NCBI GenBank assembly: GCA_964545885.1
Contig: CAZJHG010000002.1
Coordinates: 10,421 to 74,420, forward strand
Direction: 5' to 3'
DNA from: an uncultured Muribaculaceae bacterium
Lineage (GTDB): Bacteria; Bacillota_I; Bacilli_A; RF39; UBA660
DNA: 64,000 bases
Below, piece after piece: positions 8,998-19,544 of the stretch. Below the pieces are notes generated by a model. It saw nothing but the letters and a program-made list of their open reading frames with translations. It had not been told where the DNA came from and did no database searches. The position numbers were made by a program, and so were the translations under genes. Within the stretch, counting starts at the first letter, position 1, and every line of letters begins with the position of its first letter.

Positions 8998-10914
8998 TTA
9001 TTTTGGATTTTCTTCTGTTTTAATTGATTCGTTAAATTTCTCAACTATTGAATCTGATATATCATAGAATGATTCTGGAATTGGTTCAAATTCAATATGT
9101 TCTACCTCATTATTAAGAAATTTTCTTAATATTCTTTCTAATTCTTTTTTTTCAATTGGTTTTGCTATGTAATCGTCAAATCCTTCTTCTATATATTTTT
9201 CTTTCATACCCTCTATTGCATTGGCAGTTAATGCAACTGTTTTAATTTTAAAGCTGGGTATTTCTTGCATAATATGTAGAGTTTCTGTTCCGCTTAATTT
9301 AGGCATCATATCATCAAGTAGGATTAAATCGTACTTTTTACCTTGCTTTATTTTATCTATACATTCATAACCATTCATACAAGATTCAGTGATAATGTCA
9401 TATTTCTTGAGTATTTTTTCTGCTACTTTTAGATTTAACTCATTGTCATCCACAATTAAAACTTTTTTTCCTATTAAATTTAACTCTTTTGAGCTTATCT
9501 CTGTTTCAAAGACATTTTGTGGTTTTGTTACTATTTTTTGCTTTAAGTATACTGTGAATTTAGAACCACTTCCATAAACAGATTGAACTATTATTTTACC
9601 ACCCATCATTTCTATTAGATGTTTTGTTATTGCAAGTCCTAAACCGGCTCCTTCAATAGTGGTATTACGATCTTCATCCATTCTTTCGAATTTATTAAAT
9701 AATTTATCGATATTTTCTGGTTTTATCCCTCGACCTGTATCCTCTACAGATATAACTAATGAGCACTCATCATTTTTATTGATACAACTAATTTTAAAGT
9801 CTATTAAGCCTTCTTTTGTATACTTAACTGCATTAGTAAGTATATTACTCATTATTTCTTTTATTTTACTTTTATCTCCGTATAGAACATTTGGTATGTC
9901 TGGTGCAATATATGCTTTAAATTCTATTGGTTTATCTCCGATACGAGGTTTAATTAAAGTTATTATTTTTTCAAATTCTTGTTTTAAGCTATATTCAGTA
10001 TTTACTATTTCCATCTTGTTTGCTTCTATTTTAGATATGTCTAAAATACCATTTACTATTTCTAATAGGTTTTGAGAAGCTGTTAAAATGTCTTTGGCAT
10101 TCTCTTGAGCTTCTTCAAGTGTTTCAGCTTCGGTAATAGATTCAGAGAATCCAACTATGGCATTTAAAGGAGTTCTTATTTCGTGAGACATACTTGATAA
10201 AAAGTCTGTCTTAGCAGCATTAGCTTTTTCAGCTTGGGTTTTAGCGAGTTCTATTTGATTTAGCAATTTTACGTCTGGATTTTCGATGGTGAAGTACATG
10301 ATTAATAAGACAAATGAAAAGAAGAAATTTTCGAACCAAACTGCTGGAAAATACTCTCTTAAAAATATCCCAGCTACGTACAATATAATCATTACTATAA
10401 ACGGTATATTTTTACTAAATGATTCTTTACTTATAATAAATAATCTTAGTGAGTAGATTGCTGTTAAAATAAAATAAAGTATCGTTGCACATAGCATAAT
10501 ATTATAAGCTGGCCCTGCATTGTCTAAAATATCATTAACATGTATTACTGTCATTGGAGCTATCATTATAAAAGCAGAGATTAAAATCCCAGTTATCATT
10601 GATAATTTGCTAATTTTTTGCTTTGATTTTTCGTCAAAATCAATAATATATGCATTATATATATACATAAGGATAATCATAAATAACATTTCTATCATAT
10701 ATATCTTTTGTAATATTTCAATTATTTGTATATTACCTATTATTTGAGCATACAGATATGTAATAACCCCTGTTATACTAAATATAAAATTTACAATTAG
10801 TAATACTGAGTATATTTTAGTTTCTTTGTTTTGAGTATTTTCCTTTCGAAAAAAAACTCCTATAAGTAAAATTGATAGTGCAGTTGCTGCATAAGTTAAT
10901 AATATATTTTCCAT
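8998..10914 (-). CDS. Hybrid sensor histidine kinase: 7TM sensor, HisKA, HATPase_c and one REC domain.
   Basis: About seven N-terminal TM helices. H-box SHEIRTPLNAIVGFSE, G-boxes, and C-terminal REC (VLIVDDNELN...LILLDDMMP). Confidence 0.85.
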   Translation of the reverse strand: MENILLTYAATALSILLIGVFFRKENTQNKETKIYSVLLIVNFIFSITGVITYLYAQIIGNIQIIEILQKIYMIEMLFMIILMYIYNAYIIDFDEKSKQKISKLSMITGILISAFIMIAPMTVIHVNDILDNAGPAYNIMLCATILYFILTAIYSLRLFIISKESFSKNIPFIVMIILYVAGIFLREYFPAVWFENFFFSFVLLIMYFTIENPDVKLLNQIELAKTQAEKANAAKTDFLSSMSHEIRTPLNAIVGFSESITEAETLEEAQENAKDILTASQNLLEIVNGILDISKIEANKMEIVNTEYSLKQEFEKIITLIKPRIGDKPIEFKAYIAPDIPNVLYGDKSKIKEIMSNILTNAVKYTKEGLIDFKISCINKNDECSLVISVEDTGRGIKPENIDKLFNKFERMDEDRNTTIEGAGLGLAITKHLIEMMGGKIIVQSVYGSGSKFTVYLKQKIVTKPQNVFETEISSKELNLIGKKVLIVDDNELNLKVAEKILKKYDIITESCMNGYECIDKIKQGKKYDLILLDDMMPKLSGTETLHIMQEIPSFKIKTVALTANAIEGMKEKYIEEGFDDYIAKPIEKKELERILRKFLNNEVEHIEFEPIPESFYDISDSIVEKFNESIKTEENPK

Positions 10915-11029
10915 ATTTTTTTATAATCAATTTATTTAATATTATTTTATTAATTGATTCCCTTCTATTTTATATTTCCAATATAATATTATCATTTTAT
11001 CTCTTGTTTCACAATTAAAAACATACTAT

Positions 11030-12001
11030 TTATCTAGTATGTTTTAAGTATAAGCCTTTAACATCTTCTGGTTCTGTAATTGACTTATCGTGATACATAG
11101 TTTCATATATGTCTTCTACACTATATATAAAACTGCTTGTTCCCATTACTTCATCAATATATGCTTCTTCTGTTGGACATTCTGAACGTTTTTTTATTCC
11201 TTGATATTCCCAGATTTCCCATTTTAATGTAGCTAAGTCGTCTCTAAGTTTTGAATTGTAGTATTGGACTGATTCTGCTCCTCTATCAGTGACTTTTATA
11301 TTATGGCCAATATTGGCATAAAATCTATTTCCATATCTTTCCAATGCTATTGGTACAATTTCTGCTCCTGTTTCTAAGGCCATTTTCACTGTACCAGGAT
11401 ATAATTTCATTACGGGTAAATTTGGTGTTATATTAACGGCACCTTCTGGAAATATTAATAAATTAGTGTTCTTTTTTAAAATTTCAACGGCTTTTGAATA
11501 AGCTAATTTTCTATCTTTTTTTATTATTTCCTTTAAATTTTCAATCTCTTCTTCTTGAATAAGGTTTAGATTTAATAGTTCTTCGATATAACTTTGCTTT
11601 ACTCTTGTTTCGACATTGATTACTCCATTTAATTCTAAAAGTAGCCCTTCTATTTTTTGATATACATCTTCGGGGTCACCCAAAAATAAATAGGCATGTT
11701 CTTTGATAACTTCAAATGCAGTTGTAGGGTCTTCTGGATGACAATGTGCACAGGCATATATGATGGGGTTATCTGTTTTTTCTCTTTTATCTGATAACGT
11801 TATCACTTTATTACCTGATATAATTCTGTCTGTAACAATTGCTATATATGGAAATGGATGAAGAATTTTTTTTAGTATAATATTTTTTTCTTCGATGCCA
11901 TTTTGATTTTCATAACTTCTTTTTTCTAGATGATATTTTTTTACTGCAGCTAATGACATTTTTCGTAATTCAAAAAAGTTCTTATATTCAAAATCACTCA
12001 T
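11030..12001 (-). CDS. Lysophospholipid/glycerolipid acyltransferase-family protein (PlsC-like).
   Basis: HX4D motif (CAHCHPED) and an FPEG motif (LLIFPEGAVN) in the correct order. Confidence 0.55.
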   Translation of the reverse strand: MSDFEYKNFFELRKMSLAAVKKYHLEKRSYENQNGIEEKNIILKKILHPFPYIAIVTDRIISGNKVITLSDKREKTDNPIIYACAHCHPEDPTTAFEVIKEHAYLFLGDPEDVYQKIEGLLLELNGVINVETRVKQSYIEELLNLNLIQEEEIENLKEIIKKDRKLAYSKAVEILKKNTNLLIFPEGAVNITPNLPVMKLYPGTVKMALETGAEIVPIALERYGNRFYANIGHNIKVTDRGAESVQYYNSKLRDDLATLKWEIWEYQGIKKRSECPTEEAYIDEVMGTSSFIYSVEDIYETMYHDKSITEPEDVKGLYLKHTR

Positions 12002-12097
12002 CTAACCACCCCTTAACTACCCTAATTATATCATTTTATTGATATCAAAACAAATTTTGATATTAAAAATATATATTTTGATTTTTTTCTTGTTTAA

Positions 12098-12994
12098 TTA
12101 TTTATCCTTTATAATTGCTCTTATTTTTTTTATGTCTAGTTCTAGTATTTTGGACACTTCTTCCACTGACATCCCACTGTTTATCATTTTTAAAGCAGAG
12201 TCTATTTTACCATCTTCCATACCGGCAGCATGACCTTCGGCTAATCCTTCCGCTTTTCCTTCGGCTAATCCTTCCGCTCTAGCATCTCTTGCGACTTCTT
12301 TATGTAGACATTCTAAGTATTCTCCGTAATCATAAGTAGGTAAATTCTTGTTTAAAACAAAGTGTTCTAATGTTTCCATAACACTCTTCCTTTCCTTGTT
12401 TCCACGAATATACTTTTCCATTTCTTTGAAGCTACTACACATAAACATTGCACAGTCTAAGTATATTTCATTATTATCATAACATAACTCTTTTATTCTT
12501 GGTAAAAAAATATCATGAATTTTAATACTTTTGTTTTCTAAGTTATTTTTTACATCGTATAACTTATAGTCTGCGATAGCTATGTCTTTCATCTCGTGAT
12601 AAAAGCCATTTAAATTTACTTGTTCAACATGAATATCATAGTTATACTTTTCATCTCCTTTACCTGAGTAGAATTCTCCTGCTATTTTAAATAAATAGCT
12701 GATGTTTTTGTTAGATGTTGTTTTCTTGTTTATAGGATTTAATTCAATGTTTATTTTATGTAGTTTATCTTTTGATTCGAGTAATATATCTACTTTATTA
12801 GCTATACTATCTTTATTTGTTATAGGTAGTTCATTTGATGTAATATCAAAGTCTTTAATATCAAATCCTACTACATAAGAAATTATTCTATTTAGATATT
12901 CTCTAACATCTGGACCACCATTAATCCATAAAGCTTTAAATACCATATCTTGCATAGGTGATAGGAACCCTTTTAATCTGTCATTTGTTTTCAT
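12098..12994 (-). CDS. Rpn/YhgA-like PD-(D/E)XK nuclease-family putative transposase (TIGR01784-like).
   Basis: N-terminal D-x-x-FKxLw motif. C-terminal (EG[LK]A)n repeat ARAEGLAEGKAEGLAEGHAAG followed by an amphipathic tail, typical of this family. Confidence 0.65.
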   Translation of the reverse strand: MKTNDRLKGFLSPMQDMVFKALWINGGPDVREYLNRIISYVVGFDIKDFDITSNELPITNKDSIANKVDILLESKDKLHKINIELNPINKKTTSNKNISYLFKIAGEFYSGKGDEKYNYDIHVEQVNLNGFYHEMKDIAIADYKLYDVKNNLENKSIKIHDIFLPRIKELCYDNNEIYLDCAMFMCSSFKEMEKYIRGNKERKSVMETLEHFVLNKNLPTYDYGEYLECLHKEVARDARAEGLAEGKAEGLAEGHAAGMEDGKIDSALKMINSGMSVEEVSKILELDIKKIRAIIKDK

Positions 12995-13129
12995 AACAAA
13001 ATCACTCCCTTCACCCTATATTTACTAGGTAGATATATTGATTTCCTTTTTATTTTAGAAATTTTTTTATTTTTCCATAAAAAAACTACTAATAGTTTGG
13101 TATCTGTTAGTAGTTAGTTATCATTTAAA

Positions 13130-13954
13130 CTAATATTCATTATTAGCACTTTTTATAGTTTTTTCGACGGCATCTTTAATCTTTTTTTCGTTAAATGGTT
13201 TGTTTAGCATGTCTACTATGTTATATTCAAATGCTCTACCTATGGCTTCTTTTGATGAATCACCACTAATTATTGTAACTGGCATTTTAGATAATAAATT
13301 ACTTTGTGTCATATAATCTAGTACTTCAAATCCATCTACTTTAGGCATATTTAAATCTAAGAGAACGGCTTTAATACGTCCGTCATCTTCATGCTCTCTT
13401 ATAATTTTTAATGCTTCTTGACCATCAGTTGCAAATGCTAGCTCATAATCAGCATCAAATATTTTCTTTACAAAAATTCTTATTACCTCAGAGTCATCTG
13501 CCACTAAAATAATATCCTCACTTAAAGTATCCGGTTCTTCCACTTCTGGTGCTTCATAATTTTCGTATAAATTTTCAGTATCATGTTCATCTCTTAAATA
13601 CTCATTTACAACAGCTTTTACCTTGCTTGCTTCATCTACTAATGCTTGGTAATTTTCTTTTACATATGCAAGATCACTTGCTTTACTTTTCATTTCATGT
13701 TCATAAGCAATACTTGCTAGCTTGATGAAACCAAAATATTTACAATCGCTTTTTAGTGAGTGAACATATATTGCATAGTTTGGCATGTCTTCATCTTTAT
13801 AGTATTTATCTATTTGATTTAACTTGCCATCAATACTTTTGTTAAATTCTTTAATTGTTTCGTTATATGTTTCAACATCTCCAAATAACTCTAGACATTT
13901 ATTAACGTCTACATTGTTTTCTTTTAAGTAATTAATATCTTTCATTTTATTCAC
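13130..13954 (-). CDS. Phosphorelay protein with an N-terminal Hpt domain and a C-terminal receiver, no output domain.
   Basis: Hpt motif YVHSLKSDCKYFG. REC motifs ILVADDSEV...LLDLNMPKVDG...K. Confidence 0.75.
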   Translation of the reverse strand: MNKMKDINYLKENNVDVNKCLELFGDVETYNETIKEFNKSIDGKLNQIDKYYKDEDMPNYAIYVHSLKSDCKYFGFIKLASIAYEHEMKSKASDLAYVKENYQALVDEASKVKAVVNEYLRDEHDTENLYENYEAPEVEEPDTLSEDIILVADDSEVIRIFVKKIFDADYELAFATDGQEALKIIREHEDDGRIKAVLLDLNMPKVDGFEVLDYMTQSNLLSKMPVTIISGDSSKEAIGRAFEYNIVDMLNKPFNEKKIKDAVEKTIKSANNEY

Positions 13955-13985
13955 CGTACCCTATTTATGTTTTATCATAATATGT

Positions 13986-16265
13986 TTATTTATTCAATAA
14001 AGTTTCAAATATTTCTTCTAAATCTTCTTTTTTAAATGGTTTAGATAAATAACCAGAGAATTTGTGTTCTTTTATTTTTTCTTCAACCTCGTCTTTACTT
14101 GATGCTGTCATCATTACTACTGGTGTATTAAAGCCCTCAAGAGTTTTTAAATTATCTAATGTTTGACAACCATTTAATTCTGGCATCATATCATCTAATA
14201 AGATTAAATCAAAATTATCTTCAATTACCTTTTCTATACACTCAGAGCCACTCGTTGCTGTTGTTATATCCAAGTTATATTTCTTAAGTAATGTTTGTGC
14301 TACCTTAATATTAAGTTCGTTATCATCAACTAAAAGTACTTTTTTGTTTACGATATCTAAATCTTGTATTGAATTAATGATTATAGTTTTTTCTAAATCT
14401 ATTTCATTTTCTAATACTGAAGTTATTGCTTTAGAACTTGATGTATTTATTTCTTTTGTGTTTGTATTATGAATATGCTCTTTAATAACTCTTTCTAATT
14501 CTTTCTTTTCAATTGGTTTTGATAAATAATCATCAAAACCAGCAGCTAGATATTCATCTTTCATACCAGTTATCGCATTGGCTGTAAGCACTATTACTGG
14601 TGTTTTAAAATTAGGATTTTCTTTTAGTTTTTTTACTGCTTGTTTACCAGTCATTTTTGGCATCATATCATCCATTAATATAATGTCATATTGTTCTCCA
14701 TTGTTTATTTTAGCTATACAAACTATTGCACTAGTACAAGATTCAATATTAAAATTATATTTTTTTAGCAATATGGATGCTACTTTTATATTAAGTTCAT
14801 TGTCATCTACAATAAGTAGTTTAGCACCATTAGCATCAACTATTTTACTTTCAGATTTTGCTTCTAATTTAGTAATTGGTTTTTCTACTGCTATTATTCT
14901 TTGATCAATAGATACTGTAAATTTAGAACCTTTACCATATACTGATTGAACTATTATTTTACCATTCATTAACTCAACAAGTTTTTTAGTTATGGCAAGA
15001 CCTAGACCAGTTCCTTCTATTGTAATTTCTTTTTCAACATTAAGTCTTTCGAATTTAGTAAATAGTTTATTAAGACTTTCTTCTTTCATACCTATTCCAC
15101 TATCTTCTACTGAAACTATTAAACGACATACATTATCTTTTATAACAGTTGATACTGTAAAATCAATAAATCCTTCTTTAGTATATTTAACAGCGTTAGT
15201 TAAAATATTTAAAATTATTTGTTTTAATCTTAGATTATCTCCATAAAGAATACTTGGTAATGCTTTATCAATGTTTACTCTAAATTCTAAGTCTTTATCA
15301 CCTATTCTAGCTTTAGTTAATGCTACTAGTTCATCAAACATACTATGAACATCGTATTCTTTATTAATTATTTCTAGTTTATTAGCTTCTATTTTAGATA
15401 TATCAAGTATTCCATTTACTATTTCTAGTAGATTGTTTGAAGCTATTATAATATCTTCTACTTTATATTTAGATTCTTCTGGTATATTGTCTTCTTTTAG
15501 ACTTTCTGAGAAACCTACTATAGCATTAAGTGGTGTTCTTATTTCATGAGACATGTTTGATAAGAATTCTGATTTGGCGTTGTTTGCTTTTTCGGCGGCT
15601 TCTTTGGCTAGGGAGACTTGTTCTAGCATTTGGACGTCTGGATTTTCGATGGTGAAGTACATAAAAAATACTGTGAATGCATAAAGAAAATTATTTAATA
15701 AAATATCAGGTCTATTCTTTTGAATAAGGCTACTAACCACAAGTGAGAAAACAAGAAAAACAATTGGTAAATATTTTTCTTTTTTTATGTTTTTTCTATC
15801 TTTTATCATTACTATAAGGGAAATTATCACTATGATGCTTGAAAGCATATAAACGAAATTAACAGCCGCTCCATAAGAATATGCTTTATTGTTTAGATTA
15901 TAAAATTCAATTGGTAAAAACATTAAAATGCTAACTGACATTAATAAAATAATTATAAAACTTGTTTTAAATTGTTTTTTACTTATTAAATTTTTAGAAG
16001 AAATGCTTAATATGTATAAAAAGATTATTGCGAGCCACACTATAACACTTACTAAATTTAATTTTAGTGAAAAATTAACAAACGTGTCACCTATGTACTT
16101 TATTTGAAAAGGTATTGCTAATTCTGTTAAAATACATATGTTAGTTACCAAAATTAATATGCCATAAATGGACATTTCGATTGATTTTATTTTCTTCTTT
16201 GAAAAAAAAATAAATGATAAAAATAATGTATATATTAAACCTGCGACTGATAAATATATTGTCAT
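13986..16265 (-). CDS. Hybrid sensor histidine kinase: 7TM sensor, HisKA, HATPase_c and two REC domains. Paralog of 8998..10914.
   Basis: Near-identical H-box region to the other kinase (FTIENPDV...SHEIRTPLNAIVGFSES). Two DD...D...K receiver modules. Confidence 0.85.
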   Translation of the reverse strand: MTIYLSVAGLIYTLFLSFIFFSKKKIKSIEMSIYGILILVTNICILTELAIPFQIKYIGDTFVNFSLKLNLVSVIVWLAIIFLYILSISSKNLISKKQFKTSFIIILLMSVSILMFLPIEFYNLNNKAYSYGAAVNFVYMLSSIIVIISLIVMIKDRKNIKKEKYLPIVFLVFSLVVSSLIQKNRPDILLNNFLYAFTVFFMYFTIENPDVQMLEQVSLAKEAAEKANNAKSEFLSNMSHEIRTPLNAIVGFSESLKEDNIPEESKYKVEDIIIASNNLLEIVNGILDISKIEANKLEIINKEYDVHSMFDELVALTKARIGDKDLEFRVNIDKALPSILYGDNLRLKQIILNILTNAVKYTKEGFIDFTVSTVIKDNVCRLIVSVEDSGIGMKEESLNKLFTKFERLNVEKEITIEGTGLGLAITKKLVELMNGKIIVQSVYGKGSKFTVSIDQRIIAVEKPITKLEAKSESKIVDANGAKLLIVDDNELNIKVASILLKKYNFNIESCTSAIVCIAKINNGEQYDIILMDDMMPKMTGKQAVKKLKENPNFKTPVIVLTANAITGMKDEYLAAGFDDYLSKPIEKKELERVIKEHIHNTNTKEINTSSSKAITSVLENEIDLEKTIIINSIQDLDIVNKKVLLVDDNELNIKVAQTLLKKYNLDITTATSGSECIEKVIEDNFDLILLDDMMPELNGCQTLDNLKTLEGFNTPVVMMTASSKDEVEEKIKEHKFSGYLSKPFKKEDLEEIFETLLNK

Positions 16266-16770
16266 TGTATCACCTCTATTTTATTTATTATAACACACTC
16301 AAAACAAAACAGATTCTAAAAATATCAATTTGTATTATTATTCAATTGAAAAAGTAAATTTCACTAAATGATATAAAAATGAAATTAAGTCTTGCAAGAT
16401 ATAATAGTCAAAAATCGTTGAAAAGACAAATTAAGTGAGCACGTCTAGATTTTTGACAAAGTAATTCTATTATAATTGTTTGAAGAAAAATTCTGGCAAT
16501 TGTTATAATAGATATTTTGATTTATCAAAGATAATTAAAATTGAAAATAATTAAGAGTATACAAGAAAATTTATTCCTAAAAGTAATTCTTTTAATAATT
16601 TAATGATAAATCATATTAACTCAGTAAAAAGAGTTTCTTTAGATGGCGATAGTCTAATATTCTCAATGAATGAATTTTTACCGAAAAAATAGAAAATATT
16701 TTGATATTAAAGAAATTGAACAAAAAATATTATGTTAAAAGATAAATTATTTGATTATAAAAAGAAAAAA

Positions 16771-16796
16771 ATAGTTTCTGACAAAACTATTTTAAC
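16771..16796 (-). terminator. Palindromic hairpin with a T-run, a likely terminator for the acyl-CoA synthetase gene.
   Basis: AAAATAGTTT-ctgac-AAACTATTTT followed by a T-run on the minus strand. Confidence 0.35.
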
Positions 16797-16913
16797 TCGA
16801 TACACAAATAATATATCATTGTTATAATAAACTAAAATTTAATTTTGCGGTTGAACTTTGTAATTATTATATTTACTATTTAGTTTATGATACAACAAAA
16901 AGGAGCTGAAAAA

Positions 16914-18716
16914 TTATTTATATTTTTTGTGAATTGTATTTTCAACATACTCTTCTGCTGATAATTCTAATTCTTTAAATTTTTTCTTAGTATTATGATA
17001 TGGTATTTTGTCAATTTGAACTATGTAGTATGGCAATTCGTAATCCGGTAGAAGTTCATAACATTTTTCTTCGACTTTTTTCTTTATTTCTTCGAAGTTA
17101 TCTTTATATTCTCCGTGTAATTCTATATATGCTAATGGTACTTGGGAATTTTCTATTTCTAAATCTCTGACTCCAACTACGCAACAATCTTTTACTTCTT
17201 CTATCTGCATTATAGCATTTTCGATTGTCTCTGGAGCAATTTTAAATGCTTCTCTCTTAATAAGTCTCTTAGCTCTGCCAGTTATGTATACAAATCCTTC
17301 TGAATCTATATAGCCTAAATCTCCAGTATGAATCCATATTTTTCCGTCTTTATCAATCTTTTTGATTCTTTTTGTTTCACTTTCATTATTTAAATATTCT
17401 TGAAATATGCTATCAGAATGAATACAAATTTCCCCCTCTTCACCTATTCGAAGTGGAAGTTGAGTTTCTAAATCTATGCTTTTAACTTCTATTCCTTTTA
17501 ATGGATATCCGATGGATGATGGACGGCTTGAATATAGTGGATTTATAATGGCTGCACCAGCTAATTCATTGTTACCATAACAATTTACGATTGGAGTATT
17601 AAAAATATGTTGCATTTTTAATAATTCATCCGCATTTATTTTATCGCCGCCTGAAGCAAATCCATGAACTTTTTCTAGCTTTTTAAAAATTATATTTAAT
17701 TCTTTTAATAATTTTTTTAATTCTTTTTTTGATTGAATAGTATCATTTTTTGAAATTTCATCTATTTGCGTCTGCAACTCTACTATTTTATTATACATAT
17801 ATCTAAAGTGTAGCGGGGCGGCTGCAGCTATATTATATTTTCCTAAATCGTCATATAATATAGTTTCTGAAACATAGGGGGTCATTACTGCGTTCATACT
17901 ATGACCAAGAGATAAATAAATTGCACCACATAATCCGTATATTATAAATGGAGGGATTGCGTTATAAAACGCTTGACCCGCTATTAAAGGCAAATCAGTA
18001 TAAGATTCTTTCTGTATTGTTGAATTAAAGTTATAGTCAGTATGAACAATTGATTTTGCAATTCCTGTACTACCACTTGATTGTACTATTATTGATGGTT
18101 TATCTTTAATAAATGTTACTGCCGGCACATCGCTTATTATAGCACCAGTTTTAAGAAAATCTTCGTATTTTATAAAAAGCTTGTTCTCTGATAGACTAAT
18201 AGTTTTTCCTTCTCTTTTATCTTTTATATTAGCTAATATTTGAATGACTGGATTCAAATAATTTTTCGGTGATGCAACGATTATCTTTTCTAGATTTGTT
18301 TCTGAAGCTATATTCTGAACTTTGTCAGCAATTCCATCGAAAATCACTAAAATTTTGCAATTACTCTCATTTATATTTTTTATAAAATCCTTTTCTTTGA
18401 TTCTTAAATCAATCCATTTTGATATTGCACCTATTTTATTCAATGCAAGTAAATTTTCTTGAACTATCGGCATATTTATTGTTGCTATCGCTACTACATC
18501 GCCCTCTTTTATACCGGCTTTTGAATATGCATCTGCTAATCGATCCACTCTTGTTTGCAGCTCGCCATATGTGATTTTTGTGTCAAAGAATGTTATGGCA
18601 GTACCATTTTTGTTATTAGCATTCATTTCTTTCACGGTTTCATATAATGTTTTGTTTAAATCAAATTTTCTTGTTGGATTTTCTCTATGGTATTTTATAT
18701 TATCCATTATCATCAC
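16914..18716 (-). CDS. AMP-binding (adenylate-forming) acyl-CoA synthetase/ligase.
   Basis: AMP-binding motif SSGSTGIAKS. Contains YGNNE (close to the conserved YGxTE), plus the TGDLG and GRAKRLIK motifs. Confidence 0.8.
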   Translation of the reverse strand: MMIMDNIKYHRENPTRKFDLNKTLYETVKEMNANNKNGTAITFFDTKITYGELQTRVDRLADAYSKAGIKEGDVVAIATINMPIVQENLLALNKIGAISKWIDLRIKEKDFIKNINESNCKILVIFDGIADKVQNIASETNLEKIIVASPKNYLNPVIQILANIKDKREGKTISLSENKLFIKYEDFLKTGAIISDVPAVTFIKDKPSIIVQSSGSTGIAKSIVHTDYNFNSTIQKESYTDLPLIAGQAFYNAIPPFIIYGLCGAIYLSLGHSMNAVMTPYVSETILYDDLGKYNIAAAAPLHFRYMYNKIVELQTQIDEISKNDTIQSKKELKKLLKELNIIFKKLEKVHGFASGGDKINADELLKMQHIFNTPIVNCYGNNELAGAAIINPLYSSRPSSIGYPLKGIEVKSIDLETQLPLRIGEEGEICIHSDSIFQEYLNNESETKRIKKIDKDGKIWIHTGDLGYIDSEGFVYITGRAKRLIKREAFKIAPETIENAIMQIEEVKDCCVVGVRDLEIENSQVPLAYIELHGEYKDNFEEIKKKVEEKCYELLPDYELPYYIVQIDKIPYHNTKKKFKELELSAEEYVENTIHKKYK

Positions 18717-18882
18717 TACCCCTGTTAACTAATTTAAGTGTACACTAAACTTGGTATTTTGACAAATTTTGCTCACTTTTTTCGTGTTTATTATAACACT
18801 TTCTGTTATAAAATACTTTGATGATACTTATAATATTTTTTTATATTAAAAGCTTTTAATATAAAAAAATAAGGCTTTCACC

Positions 18883-19488
18883 TTATTTTAGTAGTTTTAA
18901 ATTACTATTTTCTTGTTCTAGAATAGTTAGTTCTTCTTGATATTGTTTTGTATCTTTCTTAGTATATACTGCTAATGAGAAGTTTAAAGTAGATACTATT
19001 GCTGATAATATAGCTAGTACTATCTTAGAATATGATGGTTCTAATGCTAATATAGTAGCTGATATTGTTGAAATTAAGAAACCTAATCCAGTTACTTGAG
19101 TCATATTTGTTCTAATTTTATTTCTTTCTATGATATCTTTTAAATCATTTATTCTTTTCTTTAATAGACTGGTAGAATCTAGGTCTTTTTCTTCTTGTAA
19201 TTGAGATTTTTCTTTTTGATATTGTTTCATTAATTTTATATTTCCTACTGTACATGATGCTAGAGCAATGGCTGTACCTGTATTTTGTAATCCAATTAGT
19301 TCATTACCTAGTATGAAGTTTCCTACTGCTACTAAGGCTGAAAGTGATGCAACAGAACCCGATGCTATTGCTAAGGCTTTATTACTTTGGATTATTTGAT
19401 TAAGTGTTTTTTCTCGAAGTTCTATTAAATTATCTTTATTTTCTATTTTTATTTCGCTTTCCATATAAATCTCTCTTTCTGATTGCAT
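18883..19488 (-). CDS. Hypothetical coiled-coil/membrane protein, 201 aa.
   Basis: ORF with hydrophobic segments and coiled-coil stretches; no recognised domain. Confidence 0.4.
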   Translation of the reverse strand: MQSEREIYMESEIKIENKDNLIELREKTLNQIIQSNKALAIASGSVASLSALVAVGNFILGNELIGLQNTGTAIALASCTVGNIKLMKQYQKEKSQLQEEKDLDSTSLLKKRINDLKDIIERNKIRTNMTQVTGLGFLISTISATILALEPSYSKIVLAILSAIVSTLNFSLAVYTKKDTKQYQEELTILEQENSNLKLLK

Positions 19489-19544
19489 ATAATATATCTT
19501 TTCTTTTATTAAAGCAAGTTTTTCTTATCATAGAAAAAAGGATT

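Noticed and set aside
12039-12233. 64-aa + strand ORF overlapping the Rpn-like gene and its upstream region.
   Set aside because: Low-complexity hydrophobic translation of AT-rich DNA on the opposite strand of a supported gene.
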